This document shows, one piece after another, positions 48,710 to 61,401 of a stretch of 64,000 nucleotides of DNA. The translations under genes were made by a program, and so were the position numbers. The stretch is taken from positions 110,298,001 to 110,362,000 of the forward strand of contig NC_135811.1 of assembly GCF_964213995.1 (NCBI RefSeq). Direction: 5' to 3'. Position 1 is the stretch's first letter. Each line of letters starts with the position of its first letter. This DNA is from Mustelus asterias. Lineage: Eukaryota. Under the pieces are notes generated by a model that was not told the origin of the DNA, made no database searches, and saw only the letters and a list, made by a program, of their open reading frames with translations.

Positions 48710-49620
48710 CTCATAGAATCCTACAGTGCAGAAAGAGACCATTCGGCCCATCGAGTCTGCACCAACCACAATCCCACCCAGGCCCTACCCCCACATATTT
48801 ACCCGCTAATCCCACTAACCTACGCATCTCAGGACTCTAAGGGGCAATTTTTAACCTGGCCAATCAACCTAACCCGCACATCTTTGGACTGTGGGAGGAA
48901 ACCGGCGCACCCGGAGGAAACCCACGCAGACACGAGGAGAATGTGCAAACTCCACACAGACAGTGACCCGAGCCGGGAATCGAACCCAGGTCCCTGGAGC
49001 TGTGAAGCAGCAGTGCTAACCACTGTGCTACCGTGCCTCCCTGGAGGAAGTGTTTCCTTCTCTAATCCAGCAGAAACAATATTCTTCTCACACTTCTTGC
49101 CTGATCACACCCTCACTCTGACACTCACTTTTCCCACCATCTCACTCCCCTAGTTTCTCTGCCCCTCCCTGGGTCTCCCTGTCCTTCTCGAAAGCTCTGT
49201 GCCTCTCTCGGGGTCTCCATGCCTTTCCTGGGATCTCCGTTCCTCCGAGTTAGGGTGGCACAGTGGTTAGCACTGCTGCCTCTCAGTGTCAGGGACCCAG
49301 ATTCAATTCCGGCCCCAGGTGACTGTCTGTGCAGAATTTGCATGTTCTCCCTGTGTCTGCATGGGTTTCCTCCAGATGATCCAGTTTCCTCCCACAGTCC
49401 AAAGATGTGCGGGTTAGGTTGATTGGCCGTGCTAAAAATTGCCCTGTTTCCTGAGATGTGTAGGTTAGAGGGATTAGTGGGTAAATGTGTAGGGATATTG
49501 CCCCTTAGTGCCAGGGGAATTAGCAGGTAAATATTTGGGGTTACGGGGATATGGCCTGGGTGGGACTGTTGTCAGTGCAGACTCGATGAACTGAATGGCC
49601 TCTATTTGCTATGATTCTAT
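48710..49620. mobile_element. Head-to-head HE1-like SINE pair (48710-49036 -, 49253-49620 +)
   Basis: Conserved SINE motifs on opposite strands. Confidence 0.8.
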
Positions 49621-49979
49621 GGTTAAGTCCCAAACTGTGTCTCCATTTAGACTGAGAAAAATGAATCAAAATTATTGTGCAGGAATTTCACAAGCAGCAG
49701 AAAGCGAAGATCAAACATTCAGGCTGATATCTCTCTCTCCCCCAGCGTGTGAAACTTGTCCTTCTCCCAGCAACACAAAGATCTCAGCTTTTTGTTCCAG
49801 TCATATGTAATAAAAATGAGACAAAACATATATTTTATGTTTTTATTGACAGCGGCTCAGAGAGAACACAAACAAAGCTGGATAGAAAATCAATATAGTG
49901 CAAGTCCTCCTTTCACACATACACTGTACCCCATCCAAACTCAACAGCCGGCATTTACAGAGCAATTTGAACTGCTTCA

Positions 49980-50290
49980 TTGTGCACTGTGACAGGTGCT
50001 GTCTTGTCGATGTGCTGCTAAATTGAGGCCCCCATTGACCCTTTCAGATGGAGGTCAGATTCCATCAGAATATTTGGAAGTGCAGGAGAGTTCATCCCAG
50101 TGTGCTGGGCAGTATTTATCCCTCAATCAACTCAATTCAAAACAGATTATCATATTGCTGTGCACAATTTGACTGTTGTGTTCCAATATTGCAGCAGTGG
50201 CTACAATGCAGAAGGATCTCATTGGCTGTCGAGTATTTGGGACATCTGAGGTGATGAAATGTGCTTTGGAAATGCAAATTCTTTCTCTCT
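49980..50290 (+). mobile_element. Old Deu-domain SINE relic lying antisense in the predicted melanoregulin-like 3' UTR
   Basis: TGCACTGT..AGGTGCTGTCTT..GATG..TAAA..GAGGCCCC and ATTTATCCCTCAA motifs. Minus-strand AATAAA at 49847-49842 lies beyond it. Confidence 0.55.
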
Positions 50291-50384
50291 CTGCATTGTA
50301 CAATTTCCAACAGGCAAGACAAGGAGGAACTATTGCAACAACCTTTGGAAAACACGGATTAGGAATTCCAAATTGAATTGACAA

Positions 50385-50594
50385 TCACAATTCCAGCGAT
50401 CTTGAGAGGAGAATGTCCTCATCAACTTCTTCCAGTTCCTCATCTGTTACTGGTTTGATTTCATTTGTTCTTTTTATTAGGACAGCCACTGAGTCCTGTC
50501 CCTCATTCTCCACCTCAGGACTTTGATCCCGTGGATAATAAATTCGCGCCTTTGACAGGAAATCCTCTGCAGCATCCAGTGTGATTAAACGATC
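50385..50594 (-). CDS. Melanoregulin-like, exon 5 (terminal)
   Basis: Acceptor TTTCTCTAG|GAT; DRLITLDAAEDFLSKARIYYP matches MREG DRLIALDAAEEFFKLARRTYP, followed by an acidic tail to TGA at 50385. Confidence 0.9.
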   Translation of the reverse strand, partial: DRLITLDAAEDFLSKARIYYPRDQSPEVENEGQDSVAVLIKRTNEIKPVTDEELEEVDEDILLSRSLEL

Positions 50595-50769
50595 CTAGAG
50601 AAACACAAATCACCTCTCACTTTATTACCATTTCCTCCATTTCTGCTATCCTCAACACCAACCAGTCACACTGACTACAGTCTGACCAGCTACCCAGGGA
50701 GCCCCCACTTCACCTGTACACAAGGCCCTGACAGTCAACCCTGATTCTGTCTGAATATATGCACGTACA

Positions 50770-53130
50770 TACACAGCATGTGGATAAGCCTACAAGAGGA
50801 GAGGCTGTACTCGATCTGGTACTGGCTAATGAGCCTGGACAGGTGTCGGATCTCTCAGTGGGGGAGCATCTTGGGGATAGTGATCATAACTCTATCTCCT
50901 TTACGCTAGCATTAGAAAGAGATAGGATCAGGCAAGCTAGGAAAGTGTTTATCTGGAGTAAGGGGAAATATGAAGCCATCAGGCAGGAGATTAGAGGCGT
51001 AAATTGGAAGGAGGCATTCTCGAGGAAAAGTACCAAAGTAAGGTGGCAGATTTTCAATGATTGTTTGTCTGGAGTTCTACATGACAACGTTCCTATGAGA
51101 CAGGGAGGTTTTGGTAGGTTACGGGAACCGTGGTGCACGAAAGCTGTGCTGAACCTAGTCAAAAAGAAAAGGAAAGTGTACAAAAGGTTCTGAAAGCTAG
51201 GCGATGATAGGGATCTAGATGAGTATACGGCTTGTAGGAAGGGACTTAAGAAGGAAATTAGGAGAGCCAGAAGGGGTCACGAGAAGGCCTTGGCAGGTAA
51301 GATTAAGGAGAACCCTAAGGCGTTCTATAAATATGTGAAGAGTAAAAGGATGAGATGTGAAGGAATAGGACCTATAAAATGTGAAGGTGAGAAAGTCTGT
51401 ACGGAACTGGAAGAAATAGCAGAGGTGCTTAATGAATACTTTACCTCGGTATTCACGGTGGGAAAGACCTGGGTGGTTGTACTACAGGATTGCGGCGGAC
51501 TGAGAAGATTGAGTTTGTCGACATTAAGAAAGAGGATGTGTTGGAAATTTTGAATAGCATCAAGATAGATAAGTCACCGGGACCGGATGGGATGTACCCC
51601 AGGTTACTGTGGGAGGCGAGGGAAGAGATTGCAGAGCCTCTGGCGATGATCTTTGCGTCATCGATGGAGACGGGAGAGGTTCCGGAGGATTGGAGGATTG
51701 CGGATGTGGTTCCTATATTCAAGAAAGGGAATAGGGATAGCCCAGGAAATTACCGACCGGTGAGTCTAACCTCAGTGGTTGGTAAGTAGATGGAGAAGAT
51801 CCTGAGGGACAGGATTTATGAACATTTAGAGAAGTTTAATATGCTCAAAAGTAGTCAGCACGGCTTTGTCAAAGGCAAATCGTGCCTTACGAGCCTGGTG
51901 GAGTTCTTTGTAAATGTGACTAAACACATTGACAAAGGAAAAGCGGTAGATGTGGTTTACATGGACTTCAGCAAGGCATTCGATAAGGTCCCCCATGCAA
52001 GACTTCTCGAGAAAGTGAGCGAGCATGGGATCCAAGGGGCTGTTGCCTTGTGGATCCAGAACTGGCTTGCCTGCAGAAGGCAGAGAGTGGTTGTAGATGG
52101 GTCTTTTTCTGAATGGAGGTCGGTCACCAGTGGAGTGCCCCAGGGATCTGTTCTGGGACCCTTGCTGTTTGTCATTTTCATAAATGACCTGGATGAGGAA
52201 GTGGAGGGATGGGTTGGTAAGTTTGCCGACGACACGAAGGTTGGTGGTGTTGTGGATAGTTTGGAGGGATGTCAGAAGCTGCAGTGTGACATAGATAGGA
52301 TGCAAGACTGGGCGGAGAAATGGCAGATGGACTTCAACCCGGATAAATGTGTAGTGGTACATTTTGGCAGGTCAAATGGGATGAAGGAGTATAACATCAA
52401 GGGTAAGACTCTTAGCAGTGTAGAGGGTCAGAAGGACCTTGGGGTCCGGGTCCATAGGACTCTTAAATTGGCCTCGCAGGTAGAGGAGGTGGTTAAGAAG
52501 GCGTATGGTGTGCTGGCCTTCATCAATCGAGGGATTGAGTTTAAGAGTCGGGAGATAATGATGCAGCTTTATAAGACCCTCATCAGACCCCACTTAGAGT
52601 TCTGTGCTCAGTTCTGGTCGCCTCACTACAGGAAGGATGTAGAAATTATTGAAAGGGTGCAGAGAAGATTTACAAGGATGTTGCCTGGATTGGGTGGCAT
52701 GCCTTATGAGGATAGGTTGAGGGAGCTCGGTCTTTTCTCCTTGGAGAGACGAAGGATGAGAGGTGACCTGATAGAGGTGTGCAAGATGTTGAGAGGTGTA
52801 GATCGGGTGGATTCTCAGAGGCTTTTTCCCAGGGCTGAAATGGCTGCTACGAGAGGACACAGGTTTACTGGGGAGTAGGTACAGAGGAGATGTCAGGGGT
52901 AAGTTTTTCACTCAGAGGGTGGTGGGTGAGTGGAATCGGCTGCCGTCAATGGTGGTGGAGGCAAACTCAATAGGGTCTTTTAATAGACTTCTGGATGAGT
53001 ACATGGGACTTAATAGGATTGAGGGTTATAGGTAAGCCTATGTATAGGCCTAGGTAAGTAGGGACATGACCGGCGCAACTTGTGGGCTGAAGGGCCTGTT
53101 TGTGCTGTAGTTTTTCTATGTTCTATGTTC
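50770..53130 (+). mobile_element. CR1 LINE, 5'-truncated, in melanoregulin-like intron 4
   Basis: EN end (LDLVLANEPGQV..SDHN) through the RT (362-aa ORF 51790-52878) and a (TTCTATG)n tail; same subfamily as 31972-33980. Confidence 0.92.
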
Positions 53131-53464
53131 TATACACACACATATATACACACACACTGAGACATACACACACACACTTGCACACACACACGTTGACACA
53201 CACACACACACACACATATACATCCATACTCACACACACATTATAGGGAACAGAGGGTAATCATATTTTGATATGAACTGATTTCAATCTGACTGGACAA
53301 AGAGCTAGTACAGATCTGATGGAGTGAATGATCTCCTTCTATGATGCAAATGATATTGTTTTAAATTCAGATTTTTAAAAACTAAATTTGAATCAGTCAT
53401 GTTTGGGCTTTACAATAGTCACCACCAATATTGAATGTTGTTCACAGCCTCCCCGCCCCTCCCT

Positions 53465-53745
53465 CCGTGGTGGCACAGTGGTTAGCACTGCTGCCTCACA
53501 GTGCCAGGGACCCGGGTTCAATTCCCAGCTTGGATCACTGTCTGTGCAGAGTCTGCACATTCTCCCCGTGTCTGCGTGGGTTTCCTCCCACAGTCCAACA
53601 GACGTGCTGATTAGGTGCATTGGCTAGGCTAAATTCTCCCTCAGTGTACCTGAACAGGCACAGGAGTGTGACGACTAGGGGATTTTCACAGTAATTTCAC
53701 TACAGTGTCAATATAAGCCTACTCGTGACACTAATAAATAAACTT
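53465..53745 (+). mobile_element. SINE (same subfamily as 13289-13590)
   Basis: tRNA-like head and tail TAAGCCTACTCGTGACACTAATAAATAAA. Confidence 0.8.
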
Positions 53746-53948
53746 TAAAACTTCACATCCCAAATCTCCCTATCCTTCCACCTTGCTCACCTTTTCCCAT
53801 CCCCTTCCCCTATCTGCGCTCCCACCTCACCCCCCACCTCATCTCACCTCATCCCCCACCTCACCTCCTCACCCCCCCACCTCACCCCCATCCCCCACCC
53901 ACACACCCACCTCACCCCCCTCCCCCTCCCCCCCACCCACACACCCAC

Positions 53949-54109
53949 CAGAACAAAGATATATCTCTCTGCAGGCATTTTATTTTCAAATATTGAGGTT
54001 TCTTGAGCCAGGATGTCCAACAGTTTCTTTGCCTGTGGTGCGTTCCGCATGTTGCTGTAGGAAGTTACAGATGTGACATTCAAAAGCATATCAGACTCTG
54101 CATGAAAAC
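53949..54109 (-). CDS. Melanoregulin-like, exon 4
   Basis: TTTTGCAG|GT...CTG|GTGGGT, 161 nt; GFHAESDMLLNVT...LAQETSIF...AERYIFVL aligns with MREG GFQKEADSLLSVT...LAEETNIF...SERYLFVV. Confidence 0.9.
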
Positions 54110-54621
54110 CTGCAAAACAGCAATGTCACCAAGAATGGCATCAAAACAGCATTGCAACAGTGGAGCTCATAGCTGATTCCGACTGGAGAGGGATCTGGTC
54201 CAGGGTTAACTTCTGGGGGAGAGGAGGAGGGGACTGAGAAATAGGAGGGATAGAGAGAAGGTGGGAACAGAGAAAGAGAGAGAGATGGTTGTGAGAGAGA
54301 GGGATAGAGTAGGACATTGTGAGAGAGAGAGGGAGACAGAGAGAGTGAAAAACAGAGAGGTAGAGAGAGGGAGAGGGCACCAGAATGTAGAGAGAGCGGA
54401 GGGACAGAAAGGGGGAAAATGCAATAGAGTGAGAGAGAGAGAGAAAATACAAGAGGGTGAGGGAAAGTGAGAGAGGGACAGTGAAGAAGAAAAAGGAGAA
54501 AAGAAGAAATGAAGGATAACAAATTGGAAGGGGAGGGAGGGAAAGAGCTGGAAGGACTTTAAGGGAAAGGCAGGGAATTGGAATGATAAGGTTTCCCTTG
54601 AGATAACACATTATTACTTAC

Positions 54622-54712
54622 CCAAGTTTTCTAAAATCATCTTCCACTTCTCCAGTACACCTCTGCGTTCCTGACGAGCTGCGTGAATGTCAATGCTGAG
54701 GCGACGGTAACC
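54622..54712 (-). CDS. Melanoregulin-like, exon 3
   Basis: CTCCCAG|GGT...TTGG|GTAAGT, 91 nt; GYRRLSIDIHAARQERRGVLEKWKMILENL aligns with MREG [30 protein letters not shown]. Confidence 0.9.
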
Positions 54713-55175
54713 CTGGGAGAGAGGAGACAGACTTACATCAATGCGTTCTGTCCCAGGCTCCAACCCAAACCATTGCACTGCCCTCTGTCAGAAGATGATG
54801 ACCATTGGACACACTACCATCATTCTGTTTGTCTGTCACCTCCATCCTGGCTGATCCACTCCCAGTCTCACTGTATCTTTGGTTTAACATTCTCGTCCTG
54901 ATCTTTAAATCCCTCCATGAATCGCATTCCCACCAACACTGCAGACGGTGAACTCGGGAATGCTCCAACTCTAGCTGTTGTCCGGATCCTCTCCCTTCAT
55001 CCTTCACCCTCACCAACTGAGTCCCTCTTTTGCAATTTCCCCCCAAACCTCTCCAGCCCCCGTCCTGTCCCATATCTGATGACACGTTGTGAGTCGCCAT
55101 GTTAACCGTGTGTTAACATTGATTTAGGAATGTTGTCAGAGGGAAAGCTGAATTGAATTGGAACTCACAGCTCAC

Positions 55176-55335
55176 CTGCGAGCCCCTTCGTGTCTTGGCC
55201 CGTTTCTGCAGCATGTTGTAAAGTTCTCGGTCATCATCTCTTTCCGTGTGGGATGTATCTTGGGGCTCATTCCACAAGTTCGTTTCTTCCGATCTCCTGC
55301 GCTGAGCTTCTTGGGCAAAATACAGCAACGTGTCG
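55176..55335 (-). CDS. Melanoregulin-like, exon 2
   Basis: GAACAG|C...CAG|GTGAGC, 160 nt; NLWNEPQDTSHTERDDDRELYN aligns with MREG NLWSMPHDVSHTEADDDRTLYN. Confidence 0.92.
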
Positions 55336-56419
55336 CTGTTCACAAAAGAGACAACCCAACTGGGTCACTTCCAACCTTCTCCATTTAATTTACATAATAA
55401 CCTCTGTATAAATGACCATACACCGCTTACAAAAGAACATTACAATAATAGGCTACAAAACAAGGAAGTTATGGTGAACCTTTTATAGAATTCTGCTTTG
55501 ACCTCAATTGGAAAAAGTGTGTCTAATTCCGGACACATTTCAGGGAGAGAGTGAATAAATTTGACAATTTACAGGAATGGATCCTGTAAATTTATTTTAA
55601 CTATAAGTTGGGATTGTTGGGGTTACTCTCCTTAGAGAAGGCTGAGAGGAAGTTTGATATCGGTTTTCAAAATCACAAGGGATCGAGACAGAGAAACTGT
55701 TCCCATTGGTGGAAGGATTGAGAATCTAAGAACAGATTTAAAGGCAAAATAAGTAAAGGCGACAAGAGGAAAATCAATTTTTACGCAGCGAGTGGCAAGG
55801 GTCTGCAAGGACTGAGTGTGGACGAGGCAGATTAATCACAGATTTCTGAAGGGAATTTAATAATTATCTGAAGAAAAATTCTTGCAGGGCTTTTGGGAAA
55901 AGGCAAAAGGGTGGGACTTCTGAATTACTCTTGCAGGGCAGATATAATGGGCTGAATGGCATCCTCTGTGCTATAATCATTCATGATTCTAAGATTGAGG
56001 CTCTCTAATAACCAATATTGCCATGGTGAGATTTCTCGATGATTCAGACTAACTTTATTTCGTTAAAAGAGCAGCATTGTTCACTATTTATATATAAGAT
56101 TGGGACTTGGAAAGACAATGTCAAAATTTGCAGATTTGCCAGTTGAGGGAGGTATGAAATTAATGCAGAGGAGGACTGCAATAAAATACAGGAAAACATG
56201 AATAAGCTCACAGAATGTGTGCATAAATGACAAATACATTTCAGTAAGCTAAGCAGGAGGCAATAGACCTTGGTGAAAAATCAGCAGGTCACTTACTTTA
56301 TTGGAAAATAAGCATCTAAATGGAACAGAGGAGACATTAGTGACACAGGTTGATCAGGACAAAGAAAAACAAAGCATTGCAAACCATTTCCATAAAGAAT
56401 AAAATTGAAAAGCAGAGAA

Positions 56420-59175
56420 GAGTCATAGAGATTTACAACATGGAAACAGGCCCTTCAGCCCAACTTGTCCATGCCACAAGTTTTTACCACTAAGCTAGTC
56501 CCAATTGTCCACATTTGGCCCATATCCCTCTATACCTATCTTACCCATGTCATAGAGTCATAGAGGTTGACAGCATGGGAACAGGCCCTTCAGCCCAACT
56601 TGTCCATGCCGCCCTTTTTTTAAAACCCTGAAGTTAGTCCCAATGGCCCGCATTTGGCCCATGTCCCTCTATACCCATCTTACCCATGTAACTGTCTAAA
56701 TGCTTTTTAAAAGACAAAATTGTACCTGCCTCTACTACTACCTCTGGCAGCTCATTCCAGACACTCACCACCCTCTGTGTGAAACAATTGCCCCTCTGGA
56801 TCTTTTTATATCCCTCCCCTCTCACCTTAGACCTACGTCCTCTAGTTTTAGACACCCCTTCCTTTGTATTCAATTGGCTATCTTACCCTGGATCTGTGAG
56901 ATTTAACCTTATGCAACAACCTACCATGCGGTACCTTGTCAAAGGACTTGCTAAAGTCCATGCAGTCAACGTCGACTGCACTGCCCTCATCTACCTTCTT
57001 GGTTACCCCTTCAAAAACTCAATCAAATTTGTGAGACATGATTTTCCACTCACAAAGCTATGCTGACTGTCCTTAATCAGTCCTTGCGTCTCTAAATGCC
57101 TGTAGACCCTATTTCTCAGAATACTTTCTAACAACTCACCCACTACAGATGTTTGGCTCACCGGTCTGTAATTCCCAGCTTTTCCCTGCAGCCCTTCTTA
57201 AACAAAGGCACAACATTTGCTATCTTCCGATCTTCAGGCACCTCACCTGTGGCTGTCGATAATTCAAATATCTCTGCCAGGGGATCCGCAATTTCCTCCC
57301 TCGCCTCCCGCAACGCCCTGGGTACACGTCATCAAGTCCCGGGGATTTGTCTACATTGATGCACTTTAAGACTTCCAGCACCTCCTTCTCTGTAATATGT
57401 ACACTCCTCAAGACATTACTATTTATTTCCCCAAATTCCCTAACATCCATGCTTTTCTCAACAGTAAGTACTGATGAGAATTATTCATTTAGGATCTCAC
57501 TCTTAGGGGTGGCACGGTGGCACAGGGGCAGCACAGTAGCACAGAGGTTAGTACTGCTGCCTCACAGCACCAGGGGCCCAGCTTGGGTCACTGTCTGTGT
57601 GGAGTTTGCACATTCTCCCAGTGTCTGCATGAGTTTCCTTCTGGTGCTCCAGTTTCCTCCCACAGTCCAAAGATGTACGGGTTAGGTGGATTGACCATGA
57701 TAAATTGTCCCTTAGTGTCAGGGGGTCTAGCTAGGGTAAATGAATGTGGTTACGGGGATAGGGTTCGGGTGGGATTGTGGTTGGTGCAGACTCGGTGGGC
57801 CGAATGGCCTCCTTCTGCACTGTAGGATTCTATGAAGATGGTCTGAAATCTCTTGTGGATCCGCATGTAGATGACCTTGTTGATCCTTAAGAGGCCTTAT
57901 TCTCTCCCTAGTTACTCTTTTGTCATTTATGTATCTGTAGAAGCTCTTTGGATTCTCCTTTGCCTCATTCATATTGAATGAGAAATTCCTCCTGAATACA
58001 CTCAACAAATTTCTCTCCATCCAAGCCTATGTTGGATACTATGGCTGTCTTTGGTTATTTTATAACCCTCGGATATATCCCCTCTCAGTACTGCCGTGAT
58101 GTTCTCCCTTATCAAAATCACAACTCACCCTCGTCTCTTACCTCCTGTTCTGTCTTTCCTACAGCATCTGTACCCTGGAACATTGAGCTGCCAGTCCTGT
58201 CCCTCCCTAAGTCATGTTTCAGTAATAGCTATAATATCCCTGTCCCATGTACCCATCCATGCCCTGAGTTCATCTGTCTTGCCCGTCAGGCCTCTTGCAT
58301 TTAAATAAATGCAGTTTAATCTAGACTTCCCTTGCTCTCTGCCCTGACCATCTGTCCTGCCATGTTTTGTACACTCTCCCTGTGTTTTATTTCTCAGCCT
58401 CATTGGACCCATTCACTGAGTTCTCCACAGTCTCTGTACTCTGTGGCCCTTTTTGATTTTTGTCTTTGGTTTCTCTGCCTTTATTTCCCCTTACTGCCTT
58501 TGGTTTCTGTCCCCACTTTATTTCCCTCTGACTTCCTGCATCGGTTCCCATCCCCCTGCCACATCAGTTTAAACCCTCCCCAACAGCACTAGCGAACACT
58601 CCCCCTTGGACATTTGTTCCAGTCCTGCCCAGGTGCAGACCGTCCGATTTGTACTGGTCCCACCTCCCCCTGAACCGGTTCCAATGTCCCAGGAATTTGA
58701 ATCCCTCCCTCTTGCACCATCTCTCAAGCCACGTGTTCATCTTAGTTATCCTGACATTCCTACTCTGATGAGCACGTGGCACTAGCAGTAATCCTGAGGT
58801 TACTACCTTTGAGGTCCTACTTTTTAGTTTAACTTCTAACTCCCTAAATTCAGCTTGTAAGACCTCATCCTATTTTTTACCTATATCACTGGTGCCTATA
58901 TGTACCACGACAGCTGGCTGTTCACCCTCTCCCTCCAGAATGCTCTGCAGCCACTCCGAGACATCTTTAACCCTTGCACCAGAGAGGCAACATACCATCT
59001 TGGAGTTTTGTTTGCATCCGCAGAATGCCTGTCTATTCCCCTTACAATTGAGTCCACTATCACTATAGCTTTGCCACTCTTTCCTCCTGCCCAGCAGAGC
59101 CAGCCACGGTGCCATCAACCTGGCTGCTGTCACCTTCCTCTGGTGAGCCATCTCCCCCAACAGTATCCAAAATGG
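56420..59175 (-). mobile_element. Internally deleted CR1 (ORF1 end, EN, RT pieces, duplicated 3' end) with a SINE inserted at 57507-57832
   Basis: ORF1 esterase pieces (CLSGARVKDVS, DGLHLG..GEGLN*), EN start (CIYLNARGL..AITET), RT pieces and 3' UTR. Confidence 0.85.
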
Positions 59176-59989
59176 TATATTAGAATATTAAACTTGATAG
59201 AATCTTGATTAGACCGGATTTGAATTACTGCTAATAGTTCTGGTCTCCATTGCTTTTTACAAAGGATATAAAAGCATTGCAGAAGATGCAAAAACGGATT
59301 GACTGGAATGACACCAGAACAGGGAGGTTAGAATTATAAAGAAATATTGAACAGATTGGAATTCTTTTCTCCAGAAGAGAGAAGGTTGAGAGGCTGATTT
59401 GCCAGAGGTCATTAAGATGATGAAAGAGTTTGATATGGTAAATATAGAGAAAATAATTCCACTTTTGGGCAAGTCCATAAGTAGGGGCCATAAATATATA
59501 AATCCAATCAGGAATTCAGGAGAAATTTCTTTACCCAGAGTTGGTGAGAATGTGGAACCTCGCTCCCAGAGAGTGACTGAGTTGAATTATAGATACATTT
59601 AAAGAGGAGCTGAATAAACAGGAGAAGGAATAGGCAGATCTGTTGATATAATGAGATGAGGAGTGAAAAGACTGATATGGAGATAAAGACCAGCTCAGAT
59701 CTCTTTCTATGCAGTAGATATTTTGTAAGAGTCAATGCTAAATTGTTGATTTTATCTGGAGCAGAAAAATAATTGACCTCACAAATTTGAACTGATGAGA
59801 TGAAATCAAATAGTATTCCTTCTGCTCAATATAATCTGATTTTACTCAATCTTCCTAACCAATACAACCTATCCCATCTTAACCTATATAATCCAAGACA
59901 ACTCAACTACACAAATTAATCTAACCCAACACTACACACCCATCCATCACCCAAGCAAGTCAAAGCAAATGTTATAATCCCTGCCCCAT

Positions 59990-60318
59990 GTATAGAATCA
60001 TAGAATTCCTACAGTGCAGAAGGAGGCCATTCAATACATCAAGGGTGCACCTACAACAATCCCACCCAGGCCCGATCTCCGGAACCCCACATATTTACCC
60101 TGCTAGTTCCCCCGACACTAAGGGGCAATTTAGCGTGGCCAATCCACCTAACCTGCACATCTTAGGACTGTGGGAAGAAACCGGAGCACCCAGAGGAAAT
60201 CTATGTAGACATGGGGAGAATGTGCAGACTCCACACAGACAGTGACCCAAGGCCAGAATAGAATGCAAGTCTCTGGTGCTGTGAGGCAGCAGTGCTAACC
60301 ACTGTGTCACCGTGCTGC
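59990..60318 (-). mobile_element. HE1-like SINE
   Basis: Reverse complement of the standard SINE consensus seen elsewhere in the window. Confidence 0.8.
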
Positions 60319-60510
60319 CTCTCTAGCTCCTCTGTGAAAAACCTGAAGAACCCACTCACCTACTTGCTTTGTAAAGAAACAATCGATATGTATATAAGCC
60401 ACCAATTAAATAAAGCCCGTGGCTGCCTGTTTATCCCACATTAGCTTCCTGACACAGCAGAATTTCAGTTGAAAATGTTGAAAGTAAATTAGTTTCTGCG
60501 CAATGTTTAC

Positions 60511-60593
60511 CTGATGATTGGAGTTTTCTCCTCTGGTTCATCCTCTGCGCAACAGAAACAGCAAATGCGATAAAATACATTTCTATTTCCCAT
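60511..60593 (-). CDS. Melanoregulin-like, exon 1
   Basis: ATG at 60593: MGNRNVFYRICCFCCAEDEPEEKTPII-S, donor AG|GTAAAC (phase 2 matches exon 2). Gly2 plus a Cys cluster, as in MREG MGLRDWLRTVCCCC...EKEPLVS. Confidence 0.88.
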
Positions 60594-61401
60594 TTCACAC
60601 TCTTTCAATCTTAGTCGCAGTTCAGCCACAGAATCAGGCAACCCCGGAGAATGGAACCATGCAGCACTCAAATTACCCAGCGAGGGGAAATCAACTGGCT
60701 CAGAGAGATTGAGATGTTTCTCCCAAATGACACTTCAGTGGTTTGTCTAATATTAAACGCAGAGATTTGTGAATATTTTCCATTGAGGGGATCAGGTCAT
60801 GGGTGATCATGTGAAGGCTGTGGTGGTTAACTCTCCCCTCCAGCCAAACAAAGAAACACAAACTACATTGAAAGGTCTGATAAAAACAAGCTCAATATAA
60901 TAGTCATACACCACAGAAAGGCCCTTCAGCCCATCGAGTCTGCACCAACAATATCTACCACTAAAGGCGCGCTGCTCCCATTTTCCTATACTCGTCCTAT
61001 ATCCTTGAATGTTATGACATTTCAAATGCTCATCCAAATATTTTTTAAAGGTTGTAAGGTTTCCGACCTCCACTGCCTTCCCAGGCAGTGCATTCCATAT
61101 TGGAATGCACTGCCTGTTGAAAAGGATTTTCTCAAATCCCCTCTGAATCTCCTGCCCCTCACCCTAAAACTTTGCCCCCTCGTGATTGATCCATCAACCA
61201 AGGGGAACAGATACTTCCTATTCACCCTGTCCCTAGATAATCTTACACACCTCAATCATGTCCCCCCTCAGCCTTCTCTGCTCTAAAGAAAACAAGCCTA
61301 TCCAGTCTCTCCTTATAGCTCAAATGTTCCATCCCAGGCAACATCCTGATGAATGTCCTCTGTAGCCCCTCTAATACAATCACATCCTTCCTATAGTGAG
61401 G

